Positions 1 to 10,405 of a stretch of DNA of 64,000 bases are shown piece by piece. Numbering within the stretch: the stretch's first letter is position 1; each line of letters opens with the position of its first letter. The notes under the pieces are model-generated. The model saw nothing but the letters and a program-made list of their open reading frames with translations. It searched no databases and was not told the origin of the DNA. Where the stretch lies: NCBI GenBank assembly GCA_963657295.1, contig CAVKMX010000001.1:1577-65576 (forward strand), in the 5' to 3' direction. Made by a program: the position numbers and the translations under genes. Source of the stretch: Clostridium sp. CAG:302 (GTDB taxonomy: Bacteria > Bacillota > Clostridia > Lachnospirales > Lachnospiraceae).

Positions 1-372
1 GGCGCAGACCTCCGGATCCACCGGGTATACACAGATGGCATCCACCCCCATGGTGACCAGGTTGTCTATGTTCATGACCTGTGTGTTGGCGTCACTGTCT
101 GCCGACAATGTGATCAGCTCCACGTCGGGATTTTCCGCGCAGGCGTTCTCAACCTCTTTCATGATCTTCATGCAGAACTCTGTGTTGCTCGTTCCCATGG
201 AAAGTCCGATCCGGTACTTCCCCTCTGCGTCCGACTCCTTCGACGGGCCGCTGTCCTCTGCTGCAGCTGCAGCGGAGTTTTCCACCGTTTCGCCCGAGCA
301 GGCCGCCGTCGAAAGCGCCATTCCGCACGCCAGCACGACGGCCGCAGCCTTCTTCCAGAAATGCTTTCTCAT
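1..372 (-). CDS. Sugar ABC transporter substrate-binding lipoprotein (RbsB-like), 5' part; runs off the window
   Basis: Manual translation from ATG at 372 (RBS AAGGAGG): MRKHFWKKAAAVVLACGMALSTAACSG lipobox, then YRIGLSMGTSNTEF...QVMNIDNLVTMGVDAICVYPVD, typical of periplasmic binding protein type I. Confidence 0.8.
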   Translation of the reverse strand, partial: MRKHFWKKAAAVVLACGMALSTAACSGETVENSAAAAAEDSGPSKESDAEGKYRIGLSMGTSNTEFCMKIMKEVENACAENPDVELITLSADSDANTQVMNIDNLVTMGVDAICVYPVDPEVCA

Positions 373-618
373 CCTTGTTCCCTCCTTTTTTGCACTATGT
401 CTTCTGTTCTGAAAGAGGTCGGCTTTCCTCCCTCTTTAGCCCCCGAAAATATCCTGCAGGTTCCTCCCGGCCAGCAGGTGTAACAACTTTTATAAATGTA
501 TTTTATATTTGTGGTTTAAAAATATTCCCTTTCCTATTCCCTGTCAATCCTTTGTGCGCATTTTCCACATAACCTCTTATTTTCACTCATTATTTTTGTG
601 CATTCTTCCTATCCCATC

Positions 619-653
619 AAAAAAGGCCACTGCCGCAGAAGGCAGTGGTCTTT
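619..653 (-). terminator. Intrinsic terminator after the ROK regulator
   Basis: Minus-strand hairpin GACCACTGCC-ttctgc-GGCAGTGGCC followed by TTTTTT. Confidence 0.7.
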
Positions 654-663
654 CAGGCAATGG

Positions 664-690
664 GTATCTGTTCAACACCCATCTCGATTT
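664..690. mobile_element. Truncated end of the MITE family seen at 50003 and 59031
   Basis: GTATCTGTTCAACACCCATCTCGATTT matches the left end GTAACTATTCAGCACCCATCTCGAATTT of the 50003 copy. Confidence 0.6.
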
Positions 691-1809
691 TCATTGTTCA
701 TCCATAAAACGTTGTATCAGGTACAGGGCCGCCCCCTGCGCGGCCGGATAATCTGTGACATACTCAAAGGCAATGGAACGATCTGAGATGCTGAAGTCGC
801 TCTGCGTGCGAATTTTCTCCTTCAGGGTCACCAGGTCCGCATTGCACATATAGCGACGCAGCACACCGCCGATGATAATATCCACATCCATAACCATCAG
901 CACGTTATGCAGCAGCAGGGCCAGATGGTCGAGATACTCGTCCCATACGGTTGCCGCCTCCGGATCATCCCGGCGCAGTTTATAAAAAAACTCCTCCGTT
1001 GGCATGCCGGACATTTTCTTCAGTCCGTAGGCGCTGCAGTAGCTCTCTGCGCATCCGTATTGTCCGCAGTAGCATTTGCGCCCGCCGCGCACCAGCTTCA
1101 TATGCTCCACCAGCTGTCCCCTTCCATGGTTTCCACGGTACAGCTTCCCCTGGATGATCGATGCGCTTCCCAGATAATTGTTCAGAAACACATAACAGGA
1201 ATCCCGCAGATCCGGTCGATGAAAGCTCTCGGCAAAGGCCGCGGATTCACTGTCATGCATCAGCAGGCAGGGGCGTCCGATGTATCCGCCCAGCATGTCG
1301 GAGGATAAGCCCCAGTTGTTCAGAATACGCCCATATACCATCTTGCGATGTTCATAGTCCGGAATTCCCTGTACTGCAGCCACAATTCCGAGCAGCTTGT
1401 CATCGGAATATCCTGCCTGATCCACAAAATCAGCAATAAATCGTCCGATCTTGCGGAAATACGTTTCTTCATTTGCATATTTCTCTTCCAGCTTCGCGCT
1501 GGACAGAATGGTTCCGTACAGGTCCAGCAGGACAGCCACCACATGGTCATGCAGGATTTCCACACCGACGGAAACCCTGGCATCCGCCGTGCACTGCAGT
1601 ACCGCCGCCTTGCGTCCGCCAGTGGATTCGTATTGTCCGGCCGTGTGCACCATGCCCTCTTCCATCAGATCCTTCAGATTCTGATTGACCGTGGGCAGGC
1701 TCTGTCCCAGGGCATAGGCGAGCTCCTGTTTGGAGCATTCCTTTTTCCGGTAAATGTAGCGATAGGTATTGCGCTTGTTTACTTTTCGAATTTCCGGTGT
1801 AGATGCCAT
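691..1809 (-). CDS. ROK family transcriptional regulator (XylR/NagC-like)
   Basis: N-terminal HTH (SKQELAYALGQSLPTVNQNLKDL), STGGRKA motif, ROK zinc motif EHM...CYCGQYGCAE; start placed at MASTPE. Confidence 0.88.
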   Translation of the reverse strand: MASTPEIRKVNKRNTYRYIYRKKECSKQELAYALGQSLPTVNQNLKDLMEEGMVHTAGQYESTGGRKAAVLQCTADARVSVGVEILHDHVVAVLLDLYGTILSSAKLEEKYANEETYFRKIGRFIADFVDQAGYSDDKLLGIVAAVQGIPDYEHRKMVYGRILNNWGLSSDMLGGYIGRPCLLMHDSESAAFAESFHRPDLRDSCYVFLNNYLGSASIIQGKLYRGNHGRGQLVEHMKLVRGGRKCYCGQYGCAESYCSAYGLKKMSGMPTEEFFYKLRRDDPEAATVWDEYLDHLALLLHNVLMVMDVDIIIGGVLRRYMCNADLVTLKEKIRTQSDFSISDRSIAFEYVTDYPAAQGAALYLIQRFMDEQ

Positions 1810-2046
1810 GGCAATTCTATCCTTACGCAAAGGTATCCGTTTGTCGAATGCAGACTGAAAATCCGGATTCCTTCTCCCCGCTTCTTTCTCATGAGTCAAT
1901 GCACCAACCTCATTATATACGACCCGCCGCACCATTGCAGAACGAACTGCTGTGCCCACGGAAAAACGCCTGCACCGTTGAATCGATGCAGACGTCCTTT
2001 CCTCTTAATGATTGTATTTTCGTGACTGTTCAGCCGCCGTCGGAGC

Positions 2047-2823
2047 CTACAGCGCGTGAACCGCTGCGGCCATTTCTCTGACGTATTCGCCCACGGGGCC
2101 TGCCGCGTCCCTTCCGTATCTGGAGATGAGCTTGATGATCGCGGAGCCGACAATGGCTCCGTCGGAGAGACCGGCCATCTGCGCGGCCTGCTCCGGCGTG
2201 GAAATGCCGAAGCCGACGGCGCAGGGAACGTCCGTATTCTCCTTGACCAATCTGGTCATCGCGCCGATGTCTGTTGTGATCTCGCTCCTCGTGCCGGTTA
2301 CGCCGAGGGAGGAAACCATGTAGAGGAAGCCCTTGGCCTCCCGGGCGATCATGGCAATCCGATTCTCCGACGTTGGTGCGATCATGGAAATGAGATCCAC
2401 GCCGACGGCTGCGAACACGGCGTCAAATTCCTCCTTTTCCTCATAGGGCACATCCGGCAGGATGATGCCGTCGATTCCCGCCTCCGCAGCCTTCTGTGCG
2501 AACTTCTCCGCGCCGTAGGAGAAGACCACGTTCGCATAAGTCATGTATACCAGGGGAATTGTCACCGTCTGCCGCAGCTTGGCGGTCAGCTCGAAGACCT
2601 TGTCCGTCGTCGTTCCGGCCGCCAATGCCGCATTGTCCGCCTCCATGATGACGGGTCCCTCCGCCGTGGGATCCGAAAACGGAATTCCAATCTCGATCAG
2701 ATCCGCTCCGTTGTCTGCGGCTGCCTGCACCACCTTTTGGGTCGTCTCCAGATCCGGATCTCCCGCCGTGATAAAAGCAATGAATGCCTTGTGATCCTTA
2801 AATGCCTCTGCAATTCTGCTCAT
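2047..2823 (-). CDS. trpA: Tryptophan synthase alpha chain
   Basis: FITAGDP, IEIGIPFSDPTAEGPVI, SSLGVTG, VGFGISTPEQA motifs. Confidence 0.96.
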   Translation of the reverse strand: MSRIAEAFKDHKAFIAFITAGDPDLETTQKVVQAAADNGADLIEIGIPFSDPTAEGPVIMEADNAALAAGTTTDKVFELTAKLRQTVTIPLVYMTYANVVFSYGAEKFAQKAAEAGIDGIILPDVPYEEKEEFDAVFAAVGVDLISMIAPTSENRIAMIAREAKGFLYMVSSLGVTGTRSEITTDIGAMTRLVKENTDVPCAVGFGISTPEQAAQMAGLSDGAIVGSAIIKLISRYGRDAAGPVGEYVREMAAAVHAL

Positions 2824-2848
2824 TCCATCCTCCGTGCATTGCTGCCCT

Positions 2849-4039
2849 TTATTCTGTGATATTCTCTCCCCGGTATCTTGCAATGGCCGCGCAGTCCTTG
2901 TCTCCTCTCCCGGAGATGGTGATCACAAGGATCCTGTCCTTATCCATGGCAGGTGCGATCTTCATCGCATGCGCAACGGCATGGGAGCTCTCGATGGCCG
3001 GAATGATGCCCTCCGTTCGGGAAAGATATTCAAAGGCATTCACCGCCTCCTCGTCCGTGACCGGCACATAGTCGGCACGCCCGATGTCATGAAGATAGGC
3101 ATGCTCCGGTCCGACGCCCGGGTAATCCAGACCGGCGGAGATGGAGTAGACCGGCGCAATCTGGCCGTACTCGTTCTGGCAGAAATAGGACTTCATGCCG
3201 TGGAAAATGCCGACTCTGCCCGTATTGACCGTTGCCGCCGTCTCAAAGGTGTCAATGCCCCGGCCGGCTGCCTCACAGCCGATCAGCTGCACGTCCTTGT
3301 CGCCGATGAAGTGATAAAACGAGCCGATGGCATTGGAGCCGCCGCCGACGCAGGCGATCACGGCATCCGGAAGGCGGCCCTCCTTTTCCAGAATCTGCTC
3401 CTTGATTTCCCTGGAAATGACGGACTGGAAATCACGGACAATCGTAGGGAAGGGGTGCGGACCCATGACCGAGCCGAGGCAGTAATGCGTGTCCTCGATC
3501 CGGCTCGTCCACTCCCGCATTGCCTGGGAAACCGCATCCTTGAGTGTTCCGGTGCCGTCGGTGACGGGCACCACCTCGGCGCCCAGAAGGCGCATCTTAT
3601 ATACGTTGAGTGCCTGACGCTCCGTATCCACCTTGCCCATGAACACGACGCATTCCATGCCAAGGAGCGCCGCAATGGTGGCGGTGGCCACGCCGTGCTG
3701 TCCGGCACCGGTCTCGGCGATCAGCCTTGTTTTGCCCATCTTTTTCGCCAGAAGGGCCTGTCCGAGGCAGTTGTTGATCTTGTGCGCGCCGGTGTGGTTC
3801 AGATCCTCGCGCTTGAGATAGATTTTCGCACCGCCCAGGTCCTTCGTCATCTTCTCCGCGTAATACAGGCGGCTGGGGCGTCCGGCATAATCATTGAAGA
3901 GCGCCGTCAGCTCTGCGTTGAAGGTCGGATCGTCCTTATAATGGTTGTAGGCCTCCTCCAGCTCAATCACCGCATTCATCAAGGTCTCCGGAATGTACTG
4001 GCCTCCGTGTATTCCGAATCTTCCGTTCTGGTTCGTCAT
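2849..4039 (-). CDS. trpB: Tryptophan synthase beta chain
   Basis: [15 protein letters not shown] (PLP lysine), [34 protein letters not shown]. Confidence 0.98.
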   Translation of the reverse strand: MTNQNGRFGIHGGQYIPETLMNAVIELEEAYNHYKDDPTFNAELTALFNDYAGRPSRLYYAEKMTKDLGGAKIYLKREDLNHTGAHKINNCLGQALLAKKMGKTRLIAETGAGQHGVATATIAALLGMECVVFMGKVDTERQALNVYKMRLLGAEVVPVTDGTGTLKDAVSQAMREWTSRIEDTHYCLGSVMGPHPFPTIVRDFQSVISREIKEQILEKEGRLPDAVIACVGGGSNAIGSFYHFIGDKDVQLIGCEAAGRGIDTFETAATVNTGRVGIFHGMKSYFCQNEYGQIAPVYSISAGLDYPGVGPEHAYLHDIGRADYVPVTDEEAVNAFEYLSRTEGIIPAIESSHAVAHAMKIAPAMDKDRILVITISGRGDKDCAAIARYRGENITE

Positions 4040-4096
4040 CTCTTTCCTTCCTTCTTTCATCTCTGTTCAGCAGCTGTCCCGTTCCGGGTATCCGGA

Positions 4097-4780
4097 TCAG
4101 GCTGGCTGCGGAATCCCTGCCTGCTGCCGCACGGCCGCGGAAAATCTCCGGATCTTCTCCGGATCCTTATGTCCGTCGGTTTCCAGAGAGGAGCTTGCAT
4201 CCACCCCCCACGGCGCTGTCCGCAGGATGGCCTCCCGCACGTTCTCCGGCGTCAGTCCGCCGGCGAGGAGAAATTCCCGCCTGCATTCCTTCAGAAGATC
4301 CCAGTCGAAGCTCTCCCCGGTGCCGCCGGGGCCGTGATCCAGCAGGATCCGGTCCGCCGCCGAGCGTTCGGCGCGCCGCACATCCTCTGCCGATTCGATG
4401 CGGAACGCCTTCACGATGGTGAGCTTCCTTTCCGGAAAGCGCTCCCGGACCGCTGCCCGGAGCGCCTCGATCTGCGCATCGCTCTCCTCCCCGTGCAGCT
4501 GCACCATGTCCAGCCGGCACCATCGGAGTACCCCCAGGATTCCCTCGACGCCGGCATTGACGAACACGCCGACCGGCCGGATGCCGGGCGCGAGTGCTCT
4601 TCGGAGCTTCTCCGCCTCCTCCGGCGCAATGTACCGTTTCCTCGAGGGATCGAAGATAAACCCCGTGTACTCCGGGAGTACCGCATTGACTGCGGCCACG
4701 TCCTCTGCGGTACGCAGGCCGCAGATCTTGATCCGGATCCCCGGCTCTGCAGGATCCTGCTGTCTCTCTCCTGTGCTCAT
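4097..4780 (-). CDS. trpF: Phosphoribosylanthranilate isomerase
   Basis: IKICGL, VGVFVN, VQLHGEE, GGTGESFDW, LAGGLTPENV, GVDASS. Confidence 0.95.
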   Translation of the reverse strand: MSTGERQQDPAEPGIRIKICGLRTAEDVAAVNAVLPEYTGFIFDPSRKRYIAPEEAEKLRRALAPGIRPVGVFVNAGVEGILGVLRWCRLDMVQLHGEESDAQIEALRAAVRERFPERKLTIVKAFRIESAEDVRRAERSAADRILLDHGPGGTGESFDWDLLKECRREFLLAGGLTPENVREAILRTAPWGVDASSSLETDGHKDPEKIRRFSAAVRQQAGIPQPA

Positions 4781-4843
4781 GCTCTGCTCACGCTCTCTTC
4801 TCCAATGGACTGCTCCCGGGCAACGCGATGCATTGCCGGATGC

Positions 4844-5674
4844 TCAGCGATTCTCCTCTGCGCAGCCCCTGCCGCGCAGCCGCTCCAGCTCAGCGGAGGG
4901 ACTCGCCGCCCGCATCAGCTGCTCGCCGACCAATACGGCATTGACGCCGTTCCTTCGCAGCTCCTCCACATCCTCCGCTGTCCGGATGCCGGACTCGGCG
5001 ACGAAGATTGCCTCCCGCGGTGCGAGCTCGCGCAGGCGGATGCTGTTGCGGATGTCCACCGTGAAATCCTTCAGATTCCGGTTGTTCACGCCAATGATCC
5101 TGGCGCCTGCCGCAGCTGCCGAGGCGACCTCCTCCGCATCGTGGGCCTCCACAATGGCGGAGAGTCCGAGCTCGTCCGCGGCGGCAAGATATGCTGCGAT
5201 GGTTTTCGTATCGAGGAGGGCCGCGATGAGGAGAACCGCCGACGCGCCGGAAAGAGCCGCCTCATAGATCATATAGGGGTCGACTGTGAAATCCTTGCGA
5301 AGGCACGGTGTTTCCACGGTATCCGCGATTTCTCTGAGATAATCCAGGGAGCCCAGGAACCACTTCGGCTCCGTCAGCACGGAAATGGCGCTTGCTCCCG
5401 CAGCCTCGTACTCCTTCGCGATCGCAAGATACGGAAACTCCGGGGCAATCAGTCCCTTGGAGGGAGAGGCCTTCTTGCACTCACAGATGAAATGAATTTC
5501 CTCTGTCCCGGACAGAGCCTTCTCAAAGCGGAACGGCTCTCCCTTCGGCTGCCCTCTTCTCTCCCGGCACAGGCAGAGCGCCTCCTCGCGGATCTCCTCC
5601 AGCGGTCTTGTCTCTTTTGCCTTTTCCACCCGAAATCTTGCGTACGCCGCCAGCTCATCCAGTATATTGCTCAT
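4844..5674 (-). CDS. trpC: Indole-3-glycerol phosphate synthase
   Basis: ECKKASPSKG, ISVLTEPKWFLGS, LRKDF, IGVNNRNL, VAESGI. Confidence 0.96.
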   Translation of the reverse strand: MSNILDELAAYARFRVEKAKETRPLEEIREEALCLCRERRGQPKGEPFRFEKALSGTEEIHFICECKKASPSKGLIAPEFPYLAIAKEYEAAGASAISVLTEPKWFLGSLDYLREIADTVETPCLRKDFTVDPYMIYEAALSGASAVLLIAALLDTKTIAAYLAAADELGLSAIVEAHDAEEVASAAAAGARIIGVNNRNLKDFTVDIRNSIRLRELAPREAIFVAESGIRTAEDVEELRRNGVNAVLVGEQLMRAASPSAELERLRGRGCAEENR

Positions 5675-5752
5675 TACGGATCCTCCTTCGGCTGCAGGCT
5701 GCAGCGGGACGCGGACACGGTCTGCCCTCCCGGCGCTGCCTGCGGCGCACGC

Positions 5753-6775
5753 TTACGAATTGCTGACCTCGATCACCTTCCCGAGCGTCTCCAGCGCTTT
5801 TCCGGAATCGATCAGCTCTGCCGCCAGCTTCACTCCCTCTGCAACGGAGGCTGCCGCCTTGCCTGCATACAGGGCGCACCCTGCATTCATTAGGACGATA
5901 TTGCGCTTTGCACCGGTGATGGAGCCGTCCAGAATTCCTCTTGTGATCTGTGCGTTCTCGGCAGGCGAGCCCCCCACGATCTCCGCCTTGGTCCCTCTCT
6001 CCAGTCCGAAGTCCTCCGGCTGGATGACAAGAGTGCGGTAGAAGCCGTCCCGCAGCTCGCAGACGGTCGTCGGCGCACTCACGGAGACCTCGTCCATGCG
6101 GTCCTGTCCGTAGACCACCAGGGCTCTCTTCACGCCGAGGGAGCTCAGGACCTTTGCGACAGGCTCTACCAGATATTCGTCGTAGACGCCCAGGAGGAAC
6201 ATCTCCGGCTTCGCCGGATTGGTCAGGGGCCCCAGAATGTTGAACACCGTGCGGAAGCCCAGTTCCTTGCGGATCGGTCCCACATATTTCATGGCCGCGT
6301 GGTATTTCTGTGCGAACATGAAGCAGAAGCCCGTCTGCTCCAGCATTTTCAGGCACAGTTCCGGGTCCTGCTGAATGTTGATGCCAAGGGCCTCCAGGCA
6401 GTCTGCCGTGCCCGAAAGAGAGGAGGCTGCGCGGTTCCCGTGCTTGGCCACCTTCAGACCGCCGGCTGCCGCCACCATCGCCGTGGTGGTCGAGATGTTG
6501 AAGGTATGTGCTCCGTCTCCGCCGGTTCCGACGATCTCCAGAACCTCCATGCCGGGGTGCGGCACCGGCGTTGCCAGCGACCGCATGGCGTAGGCACAGC
6601 CCGAAATTTCATCGATGGTCTCCGCCTTTGTGGATTTGGTCGAGAGTGCAGCCAGGAATGCGGCATTCTGCGTAGGTGTCGTCTCACCGCGCATGATCTC
6701 CAGCATGGTATCCCGGGCCTCCTCGTAGGTGAGATCCTCTTTGTTCACGATTTTGATGATGGCTTCCTTGATCAT
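5753..6775 (-). CDS. trpD: Anthranilate phosphoribosyltransferase
   Basis: [34 protein letters not shown]. Confidence 0.96.
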   Translation of the reverse strand: MIKEAIIKIVNKEDLTYEEARDTMLEIMRGETTPTQNAAFLAALSTKSTKAETIDEISGCAYAMRSLATPVPHPGMEVLEIVGTGGDGAHTFNISTTTAMVAAAGGLKVAKHGNRAASSLSGTADCLEALGINIQQDPELCLKMLEQTGFCFMFAQKYHAAMKYVGPIRKELGFRTVFNILGPLTNPAKPEMFLLGVYDEYLVEPVAKVLSSLGVKRALVVYGQDRMDEVSVSAPTTVCELRDGFYRTLVIQPEDFGLERGTKAEIVGGSPAENAQITRGILDGSITGAKRNIVLMNAGCALYAGKAAASVAEGVKLAAELIDSGKALETLGKVIEVSNS

Positions 6776-7353
6776 TTTAAGCTCCCTTCCCCTGCAAAAT
6801 TCCGCAGGATTGCCGCTCCGTCCGGTGTCATAATCGATTCCGGATGGAATTGAAGACCGTACACCGGGTACTGCACATCCTCTACCCCCATGATCTCGCC
6901 GTCCTCCGCGGTGGCGATCACCTTCAGCTCCGGCGGCAGCGTGTCTGCCTTCACCGCCAGTGAATGGTAGCGGGCAACCGGTATGTTGTCCGGCAGTCCG
7001 CGGAACAGGGGGCTGGAGGTGTCGATGACGGTCCTGGACTGTTTGCCGTGCATCAGCTCCTTGGCATAGGTTACCGTGGCTCCGTAGGCCTCACAGATTC
7101 CCTGCTCCCCGAGGCAGACCCCCAGGATCGGAATCCCGCTGGTGCGGAGCTCTCTTACCAGCTCCTCGCAGATGCCGGCATCGGCGGGACGCCCCGGTCC
7201 CGGCGAAATGATGATGCGGTCCGGCCCGGCCGCCTTCACCTCCTCCACCGTCCATTCATCATTGCGGATCACCCGAATGTCCGGATCAATGGTCCCCACC
7301 ATCTGGTACAGGTTGTAGGAGAAGCTGTCGTAATTATCAATCAGTAAGATCAT
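6772..7353 (-). CDS. trpG: Anthranilate synthase component II
   Basis: [34 protein letters not shown]. Confidence 0.95.
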   Translation of the reverse strand: MILLIDNYDSFSYNLYQMVGTIDPDIRVIRNDEWTVEEVKAAGPDRIIISPGPGRPADAGICEELVRELRTSGIPILGVCLGEQGICEAYGATVTYAKELMHGKQSRTVIDTSSPLFRGLPDNIPVARYHSLAVKADTLPPELKVIATAEDGEIMGVEDVQYPVYGLQFHPESIMTPDGAAILRNFAGEGSLK

Positions 7354-8806
7354 TCGCTGCCTCCAGTGCCGTCACAACGGCCTTTGCCTTGTTGATGCAC
7401 TCCTGGTATTCCTTCTCCGGAACCGAGTCCGCCACGATGCCGGCACCGCTTCGGATAAAGACCTTTCCGTTCTTCTTATAGGCGATGCGGATGGCAATGC
7501 AGGTGTCCAGATTGCCGGTAAAATCAATGTAGCCGATGGCGCCGCCGTAAATTCCACGCTTGTTGTTCTCGAGGTCATTGATCAGCTGGCAGGCACGGAT
7601 CTTCGGTGCTCCTGAAAGCGTCCCTGCCGGCAGGATCGAATCCACCGCATCCAGAGCATCCAGATCCTTTCGGATCCGTCCCCGCACGGTCGAGCCGATG
7701 TGCATGACGTGGGAGAAGCGGAGCACCTCATGATACCGCTCCACCGCAACACTCCCGAATTCCGAGATCTTGCCGATGTCGTTGCGTCCAAGGTCCACCA
7801 GCATGTTGTGCTCCGCGAGCTCCTTCTCATCGGCCAGAAGCCCTGCCTCCAGCTCGGCATCCTCCTCCTGCGTTTTGCCCCGGGGCCTCGTTCCGGCAAG
7901 CGGGAACGTGTGCAGCTCTCCGTCCTCCAGCTTCACCAGGGTCTCCGGCGAGGCACCGGCCACCTCCACATCTGTCCCGGAGAAATAGAACATGTAGGGC
8001 GACGGATTCAGGGTCCGCAGCACCCGGTAGCAGTTCAGAAGACTTCCGTCGTAGCTCCCCTCCAGCCGGTTGGAGAGGACAATCTGGAAAATATCTCCTT
8101 CCTTGATGTGGTGCTGCGCCTTCCGCACCATTTCGCAGTACTGCTCCCTGTCGAAGAGCGGCCTGATTTCGGACTGCAGGACACCGGCCTTCTCCTCCTT
8201 CGCCTCGCCGTTTCGGATGAGGTCGGCCATCTCCTGGAGCTGGCGCACCGCCATCCGGTACGACGTCTCTGCCTCCGAAAGATCAATGTTCACGATGAGG
8301 ATGATCTTCTGACGCAGGTTGTCGAATGCAATGACCTTGTCAAAGAGCATCAGGTCCACATCCTTGAAATTCTCCGTATCCTCCGCATCCAGATGGAGCG
8401 AGGGCTCCGAATATTTCAGATAATCATAGGCAAAATACCCCACCAGGCCGCCGGCAAAGGACGGGAGGTAGTCGAACCGCGGGGCCCTGTACTCCTGCAG
8501 GATCTGCCGGATGACCTTGCCCGGCTGATCGGTCTCCAGCGAGAGCGCACCCACCTTCATATGTCCGTTCTGGCAGGTGATCTCCATCGTGGGATCATAG
8601 CCGAGGAACGTGTACCGTCCCCATTTTTCCTGCGCCTCTGCAGACTCCAGAAGATAGCAGTGGTCCGATACGTTCTTCAGCTTCTGAAGAATTCCGATGG
8701 GTGTGTAACGATCCGACAGAATTTCCATGCTGACCGGGAGTCTGCGGTAGACCGCGCTGCGCGCATACTCCAGAACCTCCTCCCGTGCAGGCCGTATGTT
8801 CGTCAT
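7337..8806 (-). CDS. trpE: Anthranilate synthase component I
   Basis: LLESA, NPSPYM, PLAGTRPRG, KELAEHNMLVDLGRND, PAGTLSGAPK. Confidence 0.96.
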   Translation of the reverse strand: MTNIRPAREEVLEYARSAVYRRLPVSMEILSDRYTPIGILQKLKNVSDHCYLLESAEAQEKWGRYTFLGYDPTMEITCQNGHMKVGALSLETDQPGKVIRQILQEYRAPRFDYLPSFAGGLVGYFAYDYLKYSEPSLHLDAEDTENFKDVDLMLFDKVIAFDNLRQKIILIVNIDLSEAETSYRMAVRQLQEMADLIRNGEAKEEKAGVLQSEIRPLFDREQYCEMVRKAQHHIKEGDIFQIVLSNRLEGSYDGSLLNCYRVLRTLNPSPYMFYFSGTDVEVAGASPETLVKLEDGELHTFPLAGTRPRGKTQEEDAELEAGLLADEKELAEHNMLVDLGRNDIGKISEFGSVAVERYHEVLRFSHVMHIGSTVRGRIRKDLDALDAVDSILPAGTLSGAPKIRACQLINDLENNKRGIYGGAIGYIDFTGNLDTCIAIRIAYKKNGKVFIRSGAGIVADSVPEKEYQECINKAKAVVTALEAANDLTD

Positions 8807-8906
8807 AAAGCTTTCCTCCTCGCTTTCAGCACCTCATCTCCAATGCGTTGCATTGTCGATGAAGCCGGCCAGAGGCGCTCCGTGCCTTGGCCGCAGTGCT
8901 GAACTT

Positions 8907-9322
8907 AAAACAAAATCGTCCCTGAAAAAGACCCTGCGGTCTTTCTCAAGGACGATTCCTATGTCTTGCATATTCCTCGCGGTGCCACCTTGATTCACGG
9001 TCTCTGCAGCAGCCGCCGGCGAAATCTCCGCCGCAGACTGCGGAACGGTTTCCCGCCGCTTTCCGGCCTTCTCCTGCTGTCTGACCATGCTCTTGTCGGA
9101 TACTGACATATCCGCGGCATCTGACGTGTGCCTGCCGTCGCAGAATACTCACCCTCCCGTCTGCCCTCGCCGCCCGTCAGCAGACAGGCCTGGCCGATGC
9201 AGTCTCCGAAGTCGGCTTTCCTTGCGCCCTCAGCGGTCCATTTGCAGACAGGTGCTATTGCCGGACTCTCACCGCCCCGGCTCTCTGTGAATTCCTTTGC
9301 CCGCGTTATCTCCGCTTCATCG
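8907..9322 (-). promoter_or_regulatory. Trp T-box riboswitch leader with attenuator
   Basis: Minus strand shows AGAGA and GGTGA boxes of stem I, specifier TGG at 9238-9240, T-box AATCAAGGTGGCACCGCG (about 8978-8995) and terminator hairpin AATCGTCC...GGACGATT followed by TTGTTTT (8907-8960). Confidence 0.92.
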
Positions 9323-9356
9323 GTTTAACGTGTTATTAGATTGAACTGCTGTCGCT

Positions 9357-9386
9357 ATTCTACCCCCGCGTCTGTCCGGTTGGCAA
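9357..9386 (-). promoter_or_regulatory. Sigma-A type promoter of the trp leader
   Basis: TTGCCA-N18-TAGAAT just upstream of T-box stem I. Confidence 0.6.
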
Positions 9387-9447
9387 GTACTTTCTGTTCC
9401 GCCGGGCAGGCTTTGCCATTGCCGGCTATTGTACGGATGCCAGTGGC

Positions 9448-9485
9448 GACGGGTCCTGGCGGAGTTGTCCGTCCCGGGGACGTTC
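9448..9485. repeat. Dispersed 38-bp intergenic repeat, copy 1
   Basis: GACGGGTCCTGGCGGAGTTGTCCGTCCCGGGGACGTTC; one mismatch to 32089-32126. Confidence 0.8.
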
Positions 9486-9497
9486 CGGCCGCCTGCA

Positions 9498-10301
9498 TCA
9501 CGGCTGCTTGCCGATGTAGGCCAGGATGCCGCCGTCCACGTACAGGATCAGACCGTTGACGAAATCCGATGCCTTCGAGGCCAGGAACACAGCCGGACCT
9601 GCCAGATCCTCCGGAACGCCCCAGCGCCCTGCCGGTGTCTTGGCCAGGATGAACTGATCAAACGGATGACGGCTGCCGTCCGGCTGAATCTCACGAAGAG
9701 GTGCCGTCTGGGAGGTGGCAATGTAGCCGGGTCCGATGCCGTTGCACTGGATGTTGTAGGCGCCGTACTCCGAAGCGATGTTCTTGGTCAGCATCTTCAG
9801 ACCGCCCTTGGCTGCCGCATAGGCGGAAACGGTCTCACGGCCCAGCTCACTCATCATGGAGCAGATGTTGATGATCTTGCCGCCGCCCTGCGCGATCATG
9901 TCCGGAATCACCGCTTTTGCACAGATGAAGGGTGCGTTCAGATCCACATCCACCACATGACGGAATTCCTCGGCACTCATCTCCGTCATCGGAATGCGCT
10001 TGATGATGCCGGCATTGTTGATCAGAATGCCGATGTGTCCGACCTCCTCGGTCACCTTCTTCACCAGCTCATTGACCGCATTCTCATCGGTCACGTCGCA
10101 CACATAGCCGTGGGCCTTGATGCCGGCCTTCTCATAGGCGGCCAGGCCTCTCTCCAGCGATCCCTGACTGGAGCTGTTGAATACAATCGTTGCACCGGCA
10201 TTGGCAAGTGCAATGGCCATTCCCATGCCGATTCCGTGGGATGCACCGGTCACCCAGGCAACCTTCCCCTCCAGCGAAAACAATTCCTGCATTGTGCTCA
10301 T
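9498..10301 (-). CDS. Gluconate 5-dehydrogenase / KduD-like short-chain dehydrogenase
   Basis: FSLEGKVAWVTGASHGIG, NNAGII, YAAAKGG, NGIGPGYIAT, YVDGGILAYIGKQP. Confidence 0.85.
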   Translation of the reverse strand: MSTMQELFSLEGKVAWVTGASHGIGMGMAIALANAGATIVFNSSSQGSLERGLAAYEKAGIKAHGYVCDVTDENAVNELVKKVTEEVGHIGILINNAGIIKRIPMTEMSAEEFRHVVDVDLNAPFICAKAVIPDMIAQGGGKIINICSMMSELGRETVSAYAAAKGGLKMLTKNIASEYGAYNIQCNGIGPGYIATSQTAPLREIQPDGSRHPFDQFILAKTPAGRWGVPEDLAGPAVFLASKASDFVNGLILYVDGGILAYIGKQP

Positions 10302-10405
10302 TCCGCATCCTTTCCTGCCGCGTCACATTGCGGCACCCTTAATGCCTTCATTATACCGTATCTGCCCCTCTGTCGCAATCGTTTGCAAGCCGGAACCCCG
10401 CGGCT

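Noticed and set aside
2834..5893. 1019-aa plus-strand ORF
   Set aside because: Antisense shadow of trpB/F/C/D in GC-rich DNA; no recognisable motifs.
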